Shown: positions 26,159-34,357, counted from the first letter of the stretch. The stretch is DNA of 35,344 nt from a virus (IMGVR_UViG_3300020044_006715:1-35344); one strand, 5' to 3'. Program-made: numbers and translations. Notes: generated from the sequence alone by a model not told the origin.

Positions 26159-26607
26159 TACTTACGCTCCCACGGCTTCTTATTAGACGGCGCGGCAGTA
26201 GCCGGACGCGGAGCGCTGCCAGCTGGCGTATAACCCATGATCTTGTTGCGAGTCGGGTCGCGGCGATCAATGTCCAGCGACACAATGAACGGAATGTCGT
26301 GCAACTGCTCGCTGCTTTCCAGCTTGTCAATGTTGCAAGCCAGCTTAATGCCGTTCAACTGCGAACGAGCAATCTCCTCGGCAACCTTGTTAGAATTGAC
26401 CACGTTAAGGCGTTCCCACAGACGGCGGCCAGAATGAGCGCCCTCGATGATCTGAAGCGTAAGCTCCAGATATTCGCCCGTGCCGGACTTGGTAATCTTC
26501 ATCTGGCTGTCGGTAATCATGGCATTGTAATCGCCAGGTGGCAGGGGCTCAAAGCTGGTGCGCTTGGGGGCTTCATAGGTCGAAACGTCAAAATCAAATA
26601 CAGGCAT
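26158..26607 (-). CDS. Single-stranded DNA-binding protein (DUF669-like)
   Basis: FEPLPPGDY, K.TKSGTGEYLEL, GRRLWERLN, KKPW tail; AGGAG RBS. Confidence 0.8.
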   Translation of the reverse strand: MPVFDFDVSTYEAPKRTSFEPLPPGDYNAMITDSQMKITKSGTGEYLELTLQIIEGAHSGRRLWERLNVVNSNKVAEEIARSQLNGIKLACNIDKLESSEQLHDIPFIVSLDIDRRDPTRNKIMGYTPAGSAPRPATAAPSNKKPWERK

Positions 26608-26622
26608 TAGTCTTCTCCTTGG

Positions 26623-27351
26623 TTAGCTGATGGCTTGGGTAAATGCTTCCCACGACAACGGGATGCTTTCTGGCATGTTGTAGCGATTCTTCGCCATGTA
26701 AGCGGGGCGCTCGCTGGTAAACAACAACCGCTCGCCCGTCGAGATGCCGCGATTGTTAGTCTGGTTAAAGCCTACATCGTCCTTCTTGACGATGGTCTTA
26801 TAGTTGGCAAACAGCACCGCGTCCGCCCACTCACGGACCACAGCGTTGCTGCGTTCCTGTAGCTTGGGCTGGTAGCGATCATATGGCTCGACTTCCGGGC
26901 TATCAAACCGCTTGATCGTCGTATGGGCAATAAGAATGACCGCCATGCCCTTGTCATTGCGCAGGGCGTTCAGGCCGTCCAAAATTTCCCGCCAACGCTC
27001 TGCCGCAATCAGCGATCCCTTGCCATAGGCCAAATCCTTAGCGTCATACTTAGCTTCGATCTCACGCTGAATGATGGCTTCCAACCAATCCAAGCTATCA
27101 ATAACCACAGTCTCAAATGCGTGGTTTTCCTTGTATAGCGTGGCAATGGCGTCAATCACATCTTGAAATGATGTTGCCAGCGGAAAGTGATTGACGTTCA
27201 AGGAACCAAGACCGTCCTCAGTCAAAATATAGATGGGGTTAGGCGCACCGGCACCAAATGTTGATTTACCAATGCCCTCAACGCCGTAAACCATAATGCG
27301 CGGCGCGGCCATCGCGTCATTCTTACGGATGCTCTTTAGGTCAAACGCCAT
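26623..27351 (-). CDS. Sak4-like AAA ATPase (ssDNA annealing)
   Basis: YGVEGIGKST, TVVIDSLDWLE, AKNRY. Confidence 0.85.
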   Translation of the reverse strand: MAFDLKSIRKNDAMAAPRIMVYGVEGIGKSTFGAGAPNPIYILTEDGLGSLNVNHFPLATSFQDVIDAIATLYKENHAFETVVIDSLDWLEAIIQREIEAKYDAKDLAYGKGSLIAAERWREILDGLNALRNDKGMAVILIAHTTIKRFDSPEVEPYDRYQPKLQERSNAVVREWADAVLFANYKTIVKKDDVGFNQTNNRGISTGERLLFTSERPAYMAKNRYNMPESIPLSWEAFTQAIS

Positions 27352-27748
27352 TTTTCTTTTCCTCTATGGTCACGTTGGTTTTCATGGGTTGCGTGGTAAC
27401 TGCCAAGGCTACTTCACGCCACAGATCAGGGCGGCTGGCGCGAATGTGCTTCAGCACTTTTTCGTCAGCCTTAACCTCTGTTTTAATTGGCAAATACTCT
27501 ATGGGCCAGCCTTTGGTAATTGTAATGAGCTTGTCCAAATCGGCCTTGTACGAAACCTTGCCTATACAAGTCAGTCTATAGCCGTTCGCCAACGTCCGGC
27601 TAGACGATCCCTCTTCCTTGGCTGGGGACAAAGCCAGAATCTTGTCTTCAATTTCTATGCGGGCTGCATTAGCTTTGCGCTCCGCGTCCTTTGCCATTAT
27701 CAAGGCATCGGCCAGATATTCTAATTCTATTTCGCTGTTTGTTTTCAT
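27341..27748 (-). CDS. Hypothetical recombination-module protein
   Basis: GGAG RBS; AK.AE..A...RIEIE..I coiled coil; first gene of leftward operon. Confidence 0.75.
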   Translation of the reverse strand: MKTNSEIELEYLADALIMAKDAERKANAARIEIEDKILALSPAKEEGSSSRTLANGYRLTCIGKVSYKADLDKLITITKGWPIEYLPIKTEVKADEKVLKHIRASRPDLWREVALAVTTQPMKTNVTIEEKKNGV

Positions 27749-27883
27749 GGCGGCTCCAAAATCAGAGCGTCATGCGTAACACCATGTTTGCAAGACGCGC
27801 AAGATGTTTTTTTATAAAAATAACACTTGCACGGTCTTTATCGTTATGCATATTGAGCAAATCACTACCAATAGGGATTTGAC
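27749..27883. promoter_or_regulatory. Divergent promoter region
   Basis: AT-rich gap between divergent genes; rightward TTGCAC(27827)-N16-CATATT; leftward TTGCGC/TTGCAA candidates. Confidence 0.55.
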
Positions 27884-28120
27884 ATGGCAAACATCAAAGG
27901 CCGTTGTGAACCGGCCTATTCCGTTATCCGCCGCCTGGGCGGCGTCACGCCCACAGCCAAAATCCTAGACGTTAATCCCAGCACAGTCAGCCGGTGGATC
28001 ACCACAGACGGTACAAACGGACAAATCCCGCAGAAATACTGGATCAAGCTCTTAAACCACGCCCTAAGCCGAAACATCAAAATAACGCTCGCTGACATTT
28101 CCGGCATCATTATCGAATAG
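27884..28120 (+). CDS. Cro-like HTH protein
   Basis: VIRRLGGVTPTAKILDVNPSTVSRW...GQIPQKYW. Confidence 0.8.
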   Translation: MANIKGRCEPAYSVIRRLGGVTPTAKILDVNPSTVSRWITTDGTNGQIPQKYWIKLLNHALSRNIKITLADISGIIIE

Positions 28121-28129
28121 GGCTTTACC

Positions 28130-30040
28130 ATGCAAAATAGCGAGTTCCTGGCTGCCGTTTACGGCAGGCTGCGGGACGACTATGGCTGGACCACTAGCTT
28201 TGCCAGCGATCCCGGCGAAGCCCCGGTTACAGTCTGGGCAGGATCGTCATGGACCGGCACAGACGCGCAAAAAGTAATCATCAACAAACGCAATGAAGAT
28301 AATAACTATTATTGCGTGAGCGTTATGAACGCGCGGGGCGGCAACAAACGCCGGTCCAAAGAGTGCTTTAGCCGTCTAGCCGTACTCTTGGCCGATGACA
28401 TTTCCCCGGCTTCGCTTAACGATCTTGTCGGCGGCTATTCCTATGCCCTCGAAACGTCTCGCAACAACTATCAAATCGGCGTCCTGCTAGACCCTAGCGA
28501 TCCCGATACCCGCGACGCTGGCCTCATTGACGCTGTGCTGCAGGCAATGGGCGCAAGCGGTTACATCAAGGCCGATAGCAGCGGCAACAACCCCGTTCGC
28601 TATGCCCGCCTGCCCGTTGGCACCAACACTAAGAAACGCGAGGAAGGCTATTTCACAACCCGCTTGCTCTTTAGCAAGATGGATGAGGTTTACACCCTCG
28701 CGGACGCCGTAGCGACGTTTGGCCTCGATCTAGACGCCATCAAGAAAAGCATTGAAGCGCCAAAGCCCAAGCCGGAAGGCACGGGCGACGCGGTAGAGCT
28801 ATTCAAGTCCATCATTTCGCCTAACCTTGAAGATCGGTCTTACCACGATCCGCTTATGAAGCTATCGGCCAGCCTAGTGGCATCCGGCCTCAAGCCTGGT
28901 GCTACCGTCAATGTCCTGCGCTCGATCATGCTGGCATCCAAGCCAGAAAAGGAAGGGCCGGAGCTTGACCGCTGGCGCGAGCGATTTGGCGATGAGCTAG
29001 TTCGCATGGTGCAAGGGGCTGAGAAATATCAGCCCAAAGAGCCTGGGCCCATCAAGCCCGCAAACCTTACGGAAACCCACAGCCAGGTTAAAGAGGCAAC
29101 AAAGAACGTCAAATGGCTGGTGAAAAACATCATTCCGCAAGACGCCATGGGCATGATTTTTGGCGCATCTGGCACGTTCAAGTCATTTATCGCCATTGAC
29201 TTAGCCTTATCAGTTTTACATGGCAAGGAATGGGCAAAGCGTAAAACAGCGAAGGGTGCTGTTTATTACGTTGCCGCCGAAGGCGGTGCAGGCGTATCAC
29301 GCCGCGTTGACGCATGGCACCAAGGCGTTGACGTACCGGAAAACCTTTACTATTGCCGCACGCCTTTGCTGCTATCAGACAAGCAAGAGATCGGGGCTTT
29401 GCGGGCATCCATAGCCGCGTTGCCTGAGATACCTGTTCTCATCATCATTGACACGCTTTCGCAGACATTTGCGGGCGACGAAAACAGCTCCAGCGACATT
29501 GCAACATATCTGCGCATGATAAACAGCGAGCTACGGGCCGCGTTCAATTGCACGGTTATCGTCATTCATCATACCGGCCACAATGCCACAGAACGCCCGC
29601 GCGGCTCTAGCGCCATAACGGCTAACGTCGATTTCCTGCTTGGCTGCTACCGCAGCGACCCTGAAGGTATGAACGCGCGGATAGATGTTACCAAGCAAAA
29701 GGACGGCGATTTAACTAAGGGCCTTTACTTCGACCTTGACCGGCAAGTGCTTGGCAAGGATGAGGACGGCGAGGATATTACAAGCCTTGTCGCTAATTTC
29801 CATGATCCTGTTGAGGCAATCCGCCAAAGCAACAAGCAAGGAAAATACGAATCCCTGATCCTTAGCCTCCTGGCAAATGGCAAGCGCGTCACAGACGCCG
29901 AAATGCGCCACAAGGCAATGGAGGCGTTTTCCTGCAATGCTCAAACAGCGGGGACAAGCATCCTAAGAGCCGCGAAGATGCTGCGTGATGCCCAAAGGAT
30001 TGTCGAGGCGGGCAAGGGCATTTGGATTATGGCCGATTAG
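28130..30040 (+). CDS. RepB-type primase fused to RepA/AAA_25 helicase
   Basis: VLLADD, LETSRNNYQ, RYARLP.G.NTK; GASGTFKS, YVAAEG, IIIDTL, IHHTG, RGSSA. Confidence 0.88.
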   Translation: MQNSEFLAAVYGRLRDDYGWTTSFASDPGEAPVTVWAGSSWTGTDAQKVIINKRNEDNNYYCVSVMNARGGNKRRSKECFSRLAVLLADDISPASLNDLVGGYSYALETSRNNYQIGVLLDPSDPDTRDAGLIDAVLQAMGASGYIKADSSGNNPVRYARLPVGTNTKKREEGYFTTRLLFSKMDEVYTLADAVATFGLDLDAIKKSIEAPKPKPEGTGDAVELFKSIISPNLEDRSYHDPLMKLSASLVASGLKPGATVNVLRSIMLASKPEKEGPELDRWRERFGDELVRMVQGAEKYQPKEPGPIKPANLTETHSQVKEATKNVKWLVKNIIPQDAMGMIFGASGTFKSFIAIDLALSVLHGKEWAKRKTAKGAVYYVAAEGGAGVSRRVDAWHQGVDVPENLYYCRTPLLLSDKQEIGALRASIAALPEIPVLIIIDTLSQTFAGDENSSSDIATYLRMINSELRAAFNCTVIVIHHTGHNATERPRGSSAITANVDFLLGCYRSDPEGMNARIDVTKQKDGDLTKGLYFDLDRQVLGKDEDGEDITSLVANFHDPVEAIRQSNKQGKYESLILSLLANGKRVTDAEMRHKAMEAFSCNAQTAGTSILRAAKMLRDAQRIVEAGKGIWIMAD

Positions 30041-30042
30041 GT

Positions 30043-30110
30043 GCCCCCCTGGCGGAACCGCCAAGCAACGCCAAGGGGGCCGCGCTGACCGCAGGGACCG
30101 GCGGGGCGCG
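30043..30110. terminator. GC-rich hairpins between convergent genes
   Basis: GCCCCCCTGGCG...CGCCAAGGGGGC (30043-30080) plus CGCGC...GCGCG; no clear U-tract. Confidence 0.4.
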
Positions 30111-30111
30111 T

Positions 30112-30369
30112 TTATTCTGTCAGTAATTCCTGCAAGATAGCAGCATATCCGGCTATGTCAGTCACGCTGTCAAGCGACATTCCGGCTTTAAGGCGGCTCA
30201 ATTTTAATTCAATCATCATTAGCGCGACCTGATGCGGCGTCACTGGTACGCCTAGAACGCCGGACCACCGCCTAGCCGTATCAGACATGTTTGCCTGAGC
30301 GTCGCCATATTGCTCGCCACGCGCGCGGATGACGGCTTGGCATTGGGCGAGAAAATCAACTGCCTTCAT
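30112..30369 (-). CDS. DUF6378-like protein
   Basis: RGEQYGD...N....A.RW...VALMM..LK.SR...DS.TDIAGYA. Confidence 0.8.
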   Translation of the reverse strand: MKAVDFLAQCQAVIRARGEQYGDAQANMSDTARRWSGVLGVPVTPHQVALMMIELKLSRLKAGMSLDSVTDIAGYAAILQELLTE

Positions 30370-30557
30370 TTCACTTTCCGTAGCTTGCTAGGCTGCACAA
30401 GCCCGGCGCTTGCCCTGTACGGCCAACCTGTTGACGCTGGCGGGCTAGGCTGGGTGTATCGCTGCGCCCAAATCATATCAACGTAATCCTGCGTCGAAGC
30501 GCAGCCTTCCGCCAGCTCTGCCAATATGCGCCTGGCGTCCTTATCATGATGCAGCAT
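30366..30557 (-). CDS. Hypothetical protein
   Basis: GAGG upstream, ATGA overlap downstream. Confidence 0.6.
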   Translation of the reverse strand: MLHHDKDARRILAELAEGCASTQDYVDMIWAQRYTQPSPPASTGWPYRASAGLVQPSKLRKVK

Positions 30558-30566
30558 GTTTACCCC

Positions 30567-30656
30567 TCAGAAAAAGGTTAGCACAATCCAAATAAAGCCT
30601 GACCAGAACATAACAAGTCCGACCATTATTGAAACTATGACAGGATCAAGTTTCAT
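30567..30656 (-). CDS. 29-aa single-TM peptide (not in ORF track)
   Basis: AAGGA RBS; MKLDPVIVSIMVGLVMFWSGFIWIVLTFF*. Confidence 0.55.
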   Translation of the reverse strand: MKLDPVIVSIMVGLVMFWSGFIWIVLTFF

Positions 30657-30816
30657 TTGCTTTGTCCTTCTTAGCATCTTGGGGCCTGGGGCGGCATATA
30701 TAGCAATCATACCAAAGCCGGTCCGTCTTGTCCCACCGCGCCGTCGCGTTCTTGGGCAGCATGACGCGGCACCTGCATGTTACCGCATAGGGTACTGCTC
30801 TTAGCTTGACCATCAT
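30646..30816 (-). CDS. 56-aa Cys-containing protein, possible zinc ribbon (not in ORF track)
   Basis: ATGA overlap; MMVKLRAVPYAVTCRCRVMLPKNATARWDKTDRLWYDCYICRPRPQDAKKDKANET*. Confidence 0.55.
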   Translation of the reverse strand: MMVKLRAVPYAVTCRCRVMLPKNATARWDKTDRLWYDCYICRPRPQDAKKDKANET

Positions 30817-31064
30817 GTCCGCCCCGTCTTTTCTGGACTAGAAACATACGCAATGTGCGCGTCGTCCCAACGCCTTTCGCGCTCATGCTCCGCAATGGCA
30901 ATCTCTATTTCCCGCGCGGCGTTGATCCATGTCCCGCCCGGCAAAATGCGATAGATTTTGCCTTTGTTGGGATCGTATGCGTCAAAGTCGATATATTCCA
31001 GCACGGCGTCCAAGCTCTCGAACCACAATGCTTCGCCGTTGGGATATGTCATGATGTAAAGCAT
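30813..31064 (-). CDS. Hypothetical protein
   Basis: 83 aa, coupled to neighbours. Confidence 0.7.
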   Translation of the reverse strand: MLYIMTYPNGEALWFESLDAVLEYIDFDAYDPNKGKIYRILPGGTWINAAREIEIAIAEHERERRWDDAHIAYVSSPEKTGRT

Positions 31065-31169
31065 CTATTCCCCCCTACATTGCGACATTAAGGAGGGCCG
31101 GTCTTTGCGCTTATAAAATTCAGAAAGCGGCAACTGGCGTTGACAGGTGGTGCAGTTCTTACTGTCCAT
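31065..31169 (-). pseudogene. Zinc-ribbon N-terminal remnant of an HNH/EndoVII-type nuclease
   Basis: MDSKNCTTCQRQLPLSEFYKRKDRPSLMSQCRGE*; stops before the fourth Cys. Confidence 0.5.
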
Positions 31170-31323
31170 TTGTTACCCTCATCATGGCGGCGATGGCTGC
31201 AAGCATCATGCTTTCGTCGCGTGTTTTGCCAGTAGGATCACTGCCTAAGTAAATTAGGCCAAGCTTCCGCATTTCATACTTGAGGATTTCAAGGCACTCC
31301 GCCTCAGTGGGGTGATCACTCAT
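31159..31323 (-). CDS. Hypothetical protein
   Basis: GGAG RBS and ATGA overlap at 31323; MSDHPTEAECLE... Confidence 0.6.
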   Translation of the reverse strand: MSDHPTEAECLEILKYEMRKLGLIYLGSDPTGKTRDESMMLAAIAAMMRVTNGQ

Positions 31324-31511
31324 TTGGGTTCTCCGTAAACAGGGACGCGGAAAAGTGCCCAAGCGTGTTCCGCCATCCAATTCTGCCCAATGTCGTCTCG
31401 GAAGTAATCGACCTCGCGGCCAGTCACCTTGTCTGTGAAGGCGTAGCCAACATGCTGCATGGGACGCCCACCCGTGAGCCAGTAAAAAATCTTGCGGCCT
31501 TTAATCCTCAT
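31320..31511 (-). CDS. Hypothetical protein
   Basis: GGAG RBS and ATGA overlap at 31511; MRIKGRKIFYWLTGG... Confidence 0.65.
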   Translation of the reverse strand: MRIKGRKIFYWLTGGRPMQHVGYAFTDKVTGREVDYFRDDIGQNWMAEHAWALFRVPVYGEPK

Positions 31512-31825
31512 TTGTGTTCTCCGGGCTTGCGGGGCAGCGGCATCCAGTGGGTGGGGTTGAGCAAAGGAAACCACGTTCTATCTAGACGCCAATAGCCTTC
31601 AACAGAGCCGTCCCAGCCGCGCCCTATGCGCGCGGCGGGGTTGTACGCTAGGACAACGCGCGTCCCATCCTTCGGAGCGGTGCTTATGTCCTGCCACTCC
31701 GCCTCAGTGGTAGCGCGGGCGTCTAGGGCGTCGGCGGCTTGGCGTATCAGCGCGGCATCTTCGGCATCAAAATCGCGCAACCCTTCTTGCAGTGCACACA
31801 GCGCCTTGGAGAGTGTGTGTTCCAT
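31508..31825 (-). CDS. DUF551-like protein
   Basis: AGGAGG RBS; WQDISTAPKDGT and PTHWMPLP motifs. Confidence 0.8.
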   Translation of the reverse strand: MEHTLSKALCALQEGLRDFDAEDAALIRQAADALDARATTEAEWQDISTAPKDGTRVVLAYNPAARIGRGWDGSVEGYWRLDRTWFPLLNPTHWMPLPRKPGEHK

Positions 31826-31839
31826 TGCTGGCCCTCCTA

Positions 31840-32106
31840 TTAGGTGAAACACAGACCCGACATGCAATCACCTGCTGACGCCTTGGCGTCGCGCAGGTAA
31901 AGCGTCGGGTCACGTTGCTGAATTTCAGTTTGGAACGCGGCTGCCTTTGCGGCGTCTGCCGAGTGGTTGCGGTCCAGGTCATCCCATTCGGCTGGGCCTT
32001 GGTTGGGGCACATCCAGCACCGTGAACGCGGCGGCTCAGGCCAGCCCATAGACTTGACCAGGCTGACACAATCCTGCCGGTTCATGCGCTTTGTGTGAAG
32101 CGTCAT
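31840..32106 (-). pseudogene. C-terminal fragment of a phage PAPS-reductase-like protein
   Basis: R.DC......GWPEPPRSRCWMCPN and terminal CMSGLCF; no N-terminal SxGxDS domain. Confidence 0.55.
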
Positions 32107-32288
32107 GGCGACCGCGACCACGCCCGCGCCCGCGACCACGCCCGCGCCCGCGACCACGCCCACGCCCGCGACCCCGACCCCGACCACGACCACGACCCCG
32201 ACCACGACCCCGACCGCGACCCCGACCGCGACCGCGACCCCGACCGCGACCCCGACCGCGACCTAAACTTTTGTTTTAAGCCCCTCAC
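32103..32288 (-). CDS. Arg/Ser/Gly/Trp dipeptide-repeat peptide
   Basis: GTGA overlap with upstream gene and ATGA with downstream gene; 26 (R/G/W)(S/A) dipeptides. Confidence 0.65.
   Translation of the reverse strand: MRGLKQKFRSRSGSRSGSRSRSGSRSGSWSGSWSWSGSGSRAWAWSRARAWSRARAWSRSP
32109..32264. repeat. Hexanucleotide tandem array, 26 x CG[AC]CC[ACG]
   Basis: Directly visible; final unit CGACCT. Confidence 0.95.
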
Positions 32289-32542
32289 TTGAGCAACCCA
32301 AAGCTTTCAATCGCGCCGGTCTGCACGTACCACGCATTAGGCAACGCCTGCACATCGGTCCATTTCTTATCGTTCAGCGGGCCGGTCTCGTAAACGATGG
32401 CCGCATCTTCCAGCTTGACGCATGTGCTGTTAACGCCAACCAGCTTCCCTGTGTAAATATAATTCATGCAGAACAGCGTGACGCGCTGTCCCAGCAATGC
32501 CTCTAAACCTTCGCCTTCTTTTTCAGTGACCAATACCTTCAT
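32285..32542 (-). CDS. Sm/LSm/Hfq-fold-like protein
   Basis: AAGGA RBS; LEALLGQRVTLF...YIYTGKLVGVN..CVKLEDA (Sm1-like) and WYVQTGAIESF (Sm2-like). Confidence 0.65.
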   Translation of the reverse strand: MKVLVTEKEGEGLEALLGQRVTLFCMNYIYTGKLVGVNSTCVKLEDAAIVYETGPLNDKKWTDVQALPNAWYVQTGAIESFGLLK

Positions 32543-32566
32543 TGTTATGTCCTTCCTTGGTGGTGG

Positions 32567-32710
32567 TTAATAATTTATTAGCGCCGCCAGTACCGGCGCG
32601 GCGGCAAGCATGGCCGTCAACAACGCGGCCAAGACAGCAACGCCGACAACGTAACGCGCGGCAGCTATGCCCGGCGGCAGGCGGCGGGGCGGTGGCTGGT
32701 AGCAGGTCAT
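32567..32710 (-). CDS. 47-aa membrane peptide (frame not in ORF track)
   Basis: ATGA overlap; MTCYQPPPRRLPPGIAAARYVVGVAVLAALLTAMLAAAPVLAALINY*. Confidence 0.6.
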   Translation of the reverse strand: MTCYQPPPRRLPPGIAAARYVVGVAVLAALLTAMLAAAPVLAALINY

Positions 32711-33057
32711 GCTTCACCCGTTGCCTTGGCGATGGCTGCGCGGGCTAGTGCCATAATGTCGAGCAGTGCCGCTTCCCAATGAGCGCCGTCTGGGCTGTTT
32801 AGCCCCTGTTGGCAAGCCTCATCGATGGAGCCCAGCACGTCGAGCAGATCGGGCGCGGCGGCTATAAGGCGGGCGTTAGCGCGGTGTTCGACGGTCAACC
32901 GTTCCGCCTGCTGGTGGCGCGGGATCGTCGTGACGCTATAAGACGCCACGACAAAACCGCCAGCGCCCACCGGAGCGCCGAAAGAGACATCACCCCAAGT
33001 GAGGCTGCCGGTTTTGTCGTCTAAGGCCCACGGGCCGGGTGTGTGTTCGCCGGTCAT
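32707..33057 (-). CDS. Conserved phage hypothetical protein
   Basis: HTPGPW...ANARLIAAAPDLL...ARAAIAKA; start moved to ATG 33057. Confidence 0.8.
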   Translation of the reverse strand: MTGEHTPGPWALDDKTGSLTWGDVSFGAPVGAGGFVVASYSVTTIPRHQQAERLTVEHRANARLIAAAPDLLDVLGSIDEACQQGLNSPDGAHWEAALLDIMALARAAIAKATGEA

Positions 33058-33413
33058 ACCACCCCCTCTTCCGGCTCGAACTCTTCCAGCTGGCTTTCGA
33101 CGCCGCTGGCCCAGAGTTCCACGGCGGCTGACAGGTAATGGACAGCCATCCCAGCCCAACTTTCGTCGTCCTTCGGGCGGGGCAGTTCGCCCAGATTATC
33201 CTGCAGGTATCGCAGCACGTCATCCCCGTGTTCCTGCATAGTCGCCAGCGCCGTGCGGTAGGTGACGGCCGGCATATAGGCGCCTGAGGCGCAGCCGCCT
33301 TGCACGATGGCGGCAACGTCCGCAGGGCTAATGTCATCGCTAATCCATGCCGGAATATCGATATCAAGGCCCGGAATTTCGGCAATGGCGGTTTCTGTGT
33401 TCCAAATGTCCAT
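33054..33413 (-). CDS. Acidic early hypothetical protein
   Basis: 119 aa; GGCASGAYMPAVTY motif; AAGGGA RBS. Confidence 0.75.
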   Translation of the reverse strand: MDIWNTETAIAEIPGLDIDIPAWISDDISPADVAAIVQGGCASGAYMPAVTYRTALATMQEHGDDVLRYLQDNLGELPRPKDDESWAGMAVHYLSAAVELWASGVESQLEEFEPEEGVV

Positions 33414-33470
33414 GATGATCCCTTTCTTAGTTGCTTGGCGGGTTGTTCTTAGCGCAATATCTAGGCGGGG

Positions 33471-33674
33471 TCAATAGGGCCGGTAGCCATAGCTTTCGGC
33501 AATGGCAATTTCGCCGGGGGTAAGCTGGCGGGTTGCGGCTATTTCCGCCGCCCGCTCGCGCAATTCCTTACCGGCTATTGCACGCATTATGCCGCGCTCA
33601 AACGCGCTATGGCATAGGGCAAGGTCTTCCTGCATGGCGGATTGAAGCTGCTTGATGTTCCAAGGGGCATTCAT
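33471..33674 (-). CDS. Early hypothetical protein
   Basis: GGAGAAACCGCCATG start context. Confidence 0.7.
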   Translation of the reverse strand: MNAPWNIKQLQSAMQEDLALCHSAFERGIMRAIAGKELRERAAEIAATRQLTPGEIAIAESYGYRPY

Positions 33675-33706
33675 GGCGGTTTCTCCGTTGGGTTAGGGCG
33701 GGGATA

Positions 33707-33940
33707 TTAGGCTTCGCAGGGAATAGCTGCGCCGGGGGCTTCTGCATTTATGGCGGCAATGTGAGCGTCACGGGCTTTTTTGGTTCTCCAGACCGCAACT
33801 TGTCCGGCTTTGCTTTCCAGAACATGAACGCGGGGCGGCAATACTTCCCGGCTTTCTCCGATTGCCAAGCCCGAAACAACAAGCGGGCCTAAATTGATGG
33901 TGCGGGTAAAATCGCGGGTAAACTTAGAATAATATTTCAT
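33707..33940 (-). CDS. Early hypothetical protein
   Basis: AAGGA RBS, 77 aa. Confidence 0.7.
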   Translation of the reverse strand: MKYYSKFTRDFTRTINLGPLVVSGLAIGESREVLPPRVHVLESKAGQVAVWRTKKARDAHIAAINAEAPGAAIPCEA

Positions 33941-33976
33941 GGCTTGGCTTCCTTTGGGTTAGGGCGGGGCGGCGGG

Positions 33977-34171
33977 TTAAAGCAATCCGTGCGATTGCCG
34001 GGACTGGCGGGGATAGGCGTTCAAGCGGCGGCAAAGCCTTTCTGCCATAACCGCGTCCGGCACCGTCCCGGCGCTAACGTGTTGCACGGCATTGGTCGAA
34101 TACACGATAACGTCAAAACCGGCTTTGGCGGGCACGGCATAGGCGCAAGGGCCTTCGTAGAGCGGGGGCAT
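33977..34171 (-). CDS. Early hypothetical protein
   Basis: GGAGG upstream, 64 aa. Confidence 0.65.
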   Translation of the reverse strand: MPPLYEGPCAYAVPAKAGFDVIVYSTNAVQHVSAGTVPDAVMAERLCRRLNAYPRQSRQSHGLL

Positions 34172-34174
34172 GGG

Positions 34175-34357
34175 TTAAGCCTCCGCCGGCAAACGCGCCA
34201 AGTGTTCGGCTAACAATTCCGGCCATAAGCTATCGGGACCATCCCGTTCTACCAATTCCGCAAGGCGTTTGGCATGGCCGGCGCGGCGGGTGGCGGTTTC
34301 AATTGCCCTTTCTGCGGCGCGGCGGGCGATGGTTTCAGGTTTCATTTTGATTTGCAT
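34175..34357 (-). CDS. Early hypothetical protein
   Basis: GGAGAAACCGCCATG start context, 60 aa. Confidence 0.7.
   Translation of the reverse strand: MQIKMKPETIARRAAERAIETATRRAGHAKRLAELVERDGPDSLWPELLAEHLARLPAEA

Noticed and set aside
30041-30111. tRNA-like element
   Set aside because: No T-loop or D-loop consensus; only GC hairpins between convergent genes
32109-32264. CRISPR array
   Set aside because: Simple hexamer tandem without spacers
1734-32581. Near-CtrA boxes: GTAA-N7-TTAA (1734), TTAA-N7-GTAA (1930), TTAA-N7-TTAG (32567)
   Set aside because: Each has a mismatch and includes a TAA stop codon in AT-rich spacers, so chance is likely; a PWM scan would be needed
32523-32717. Track ORF MKHDLLPAT...
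   Set aside because: The alternative frame 32567-32710 has ATGA coupling and a clean TM helix
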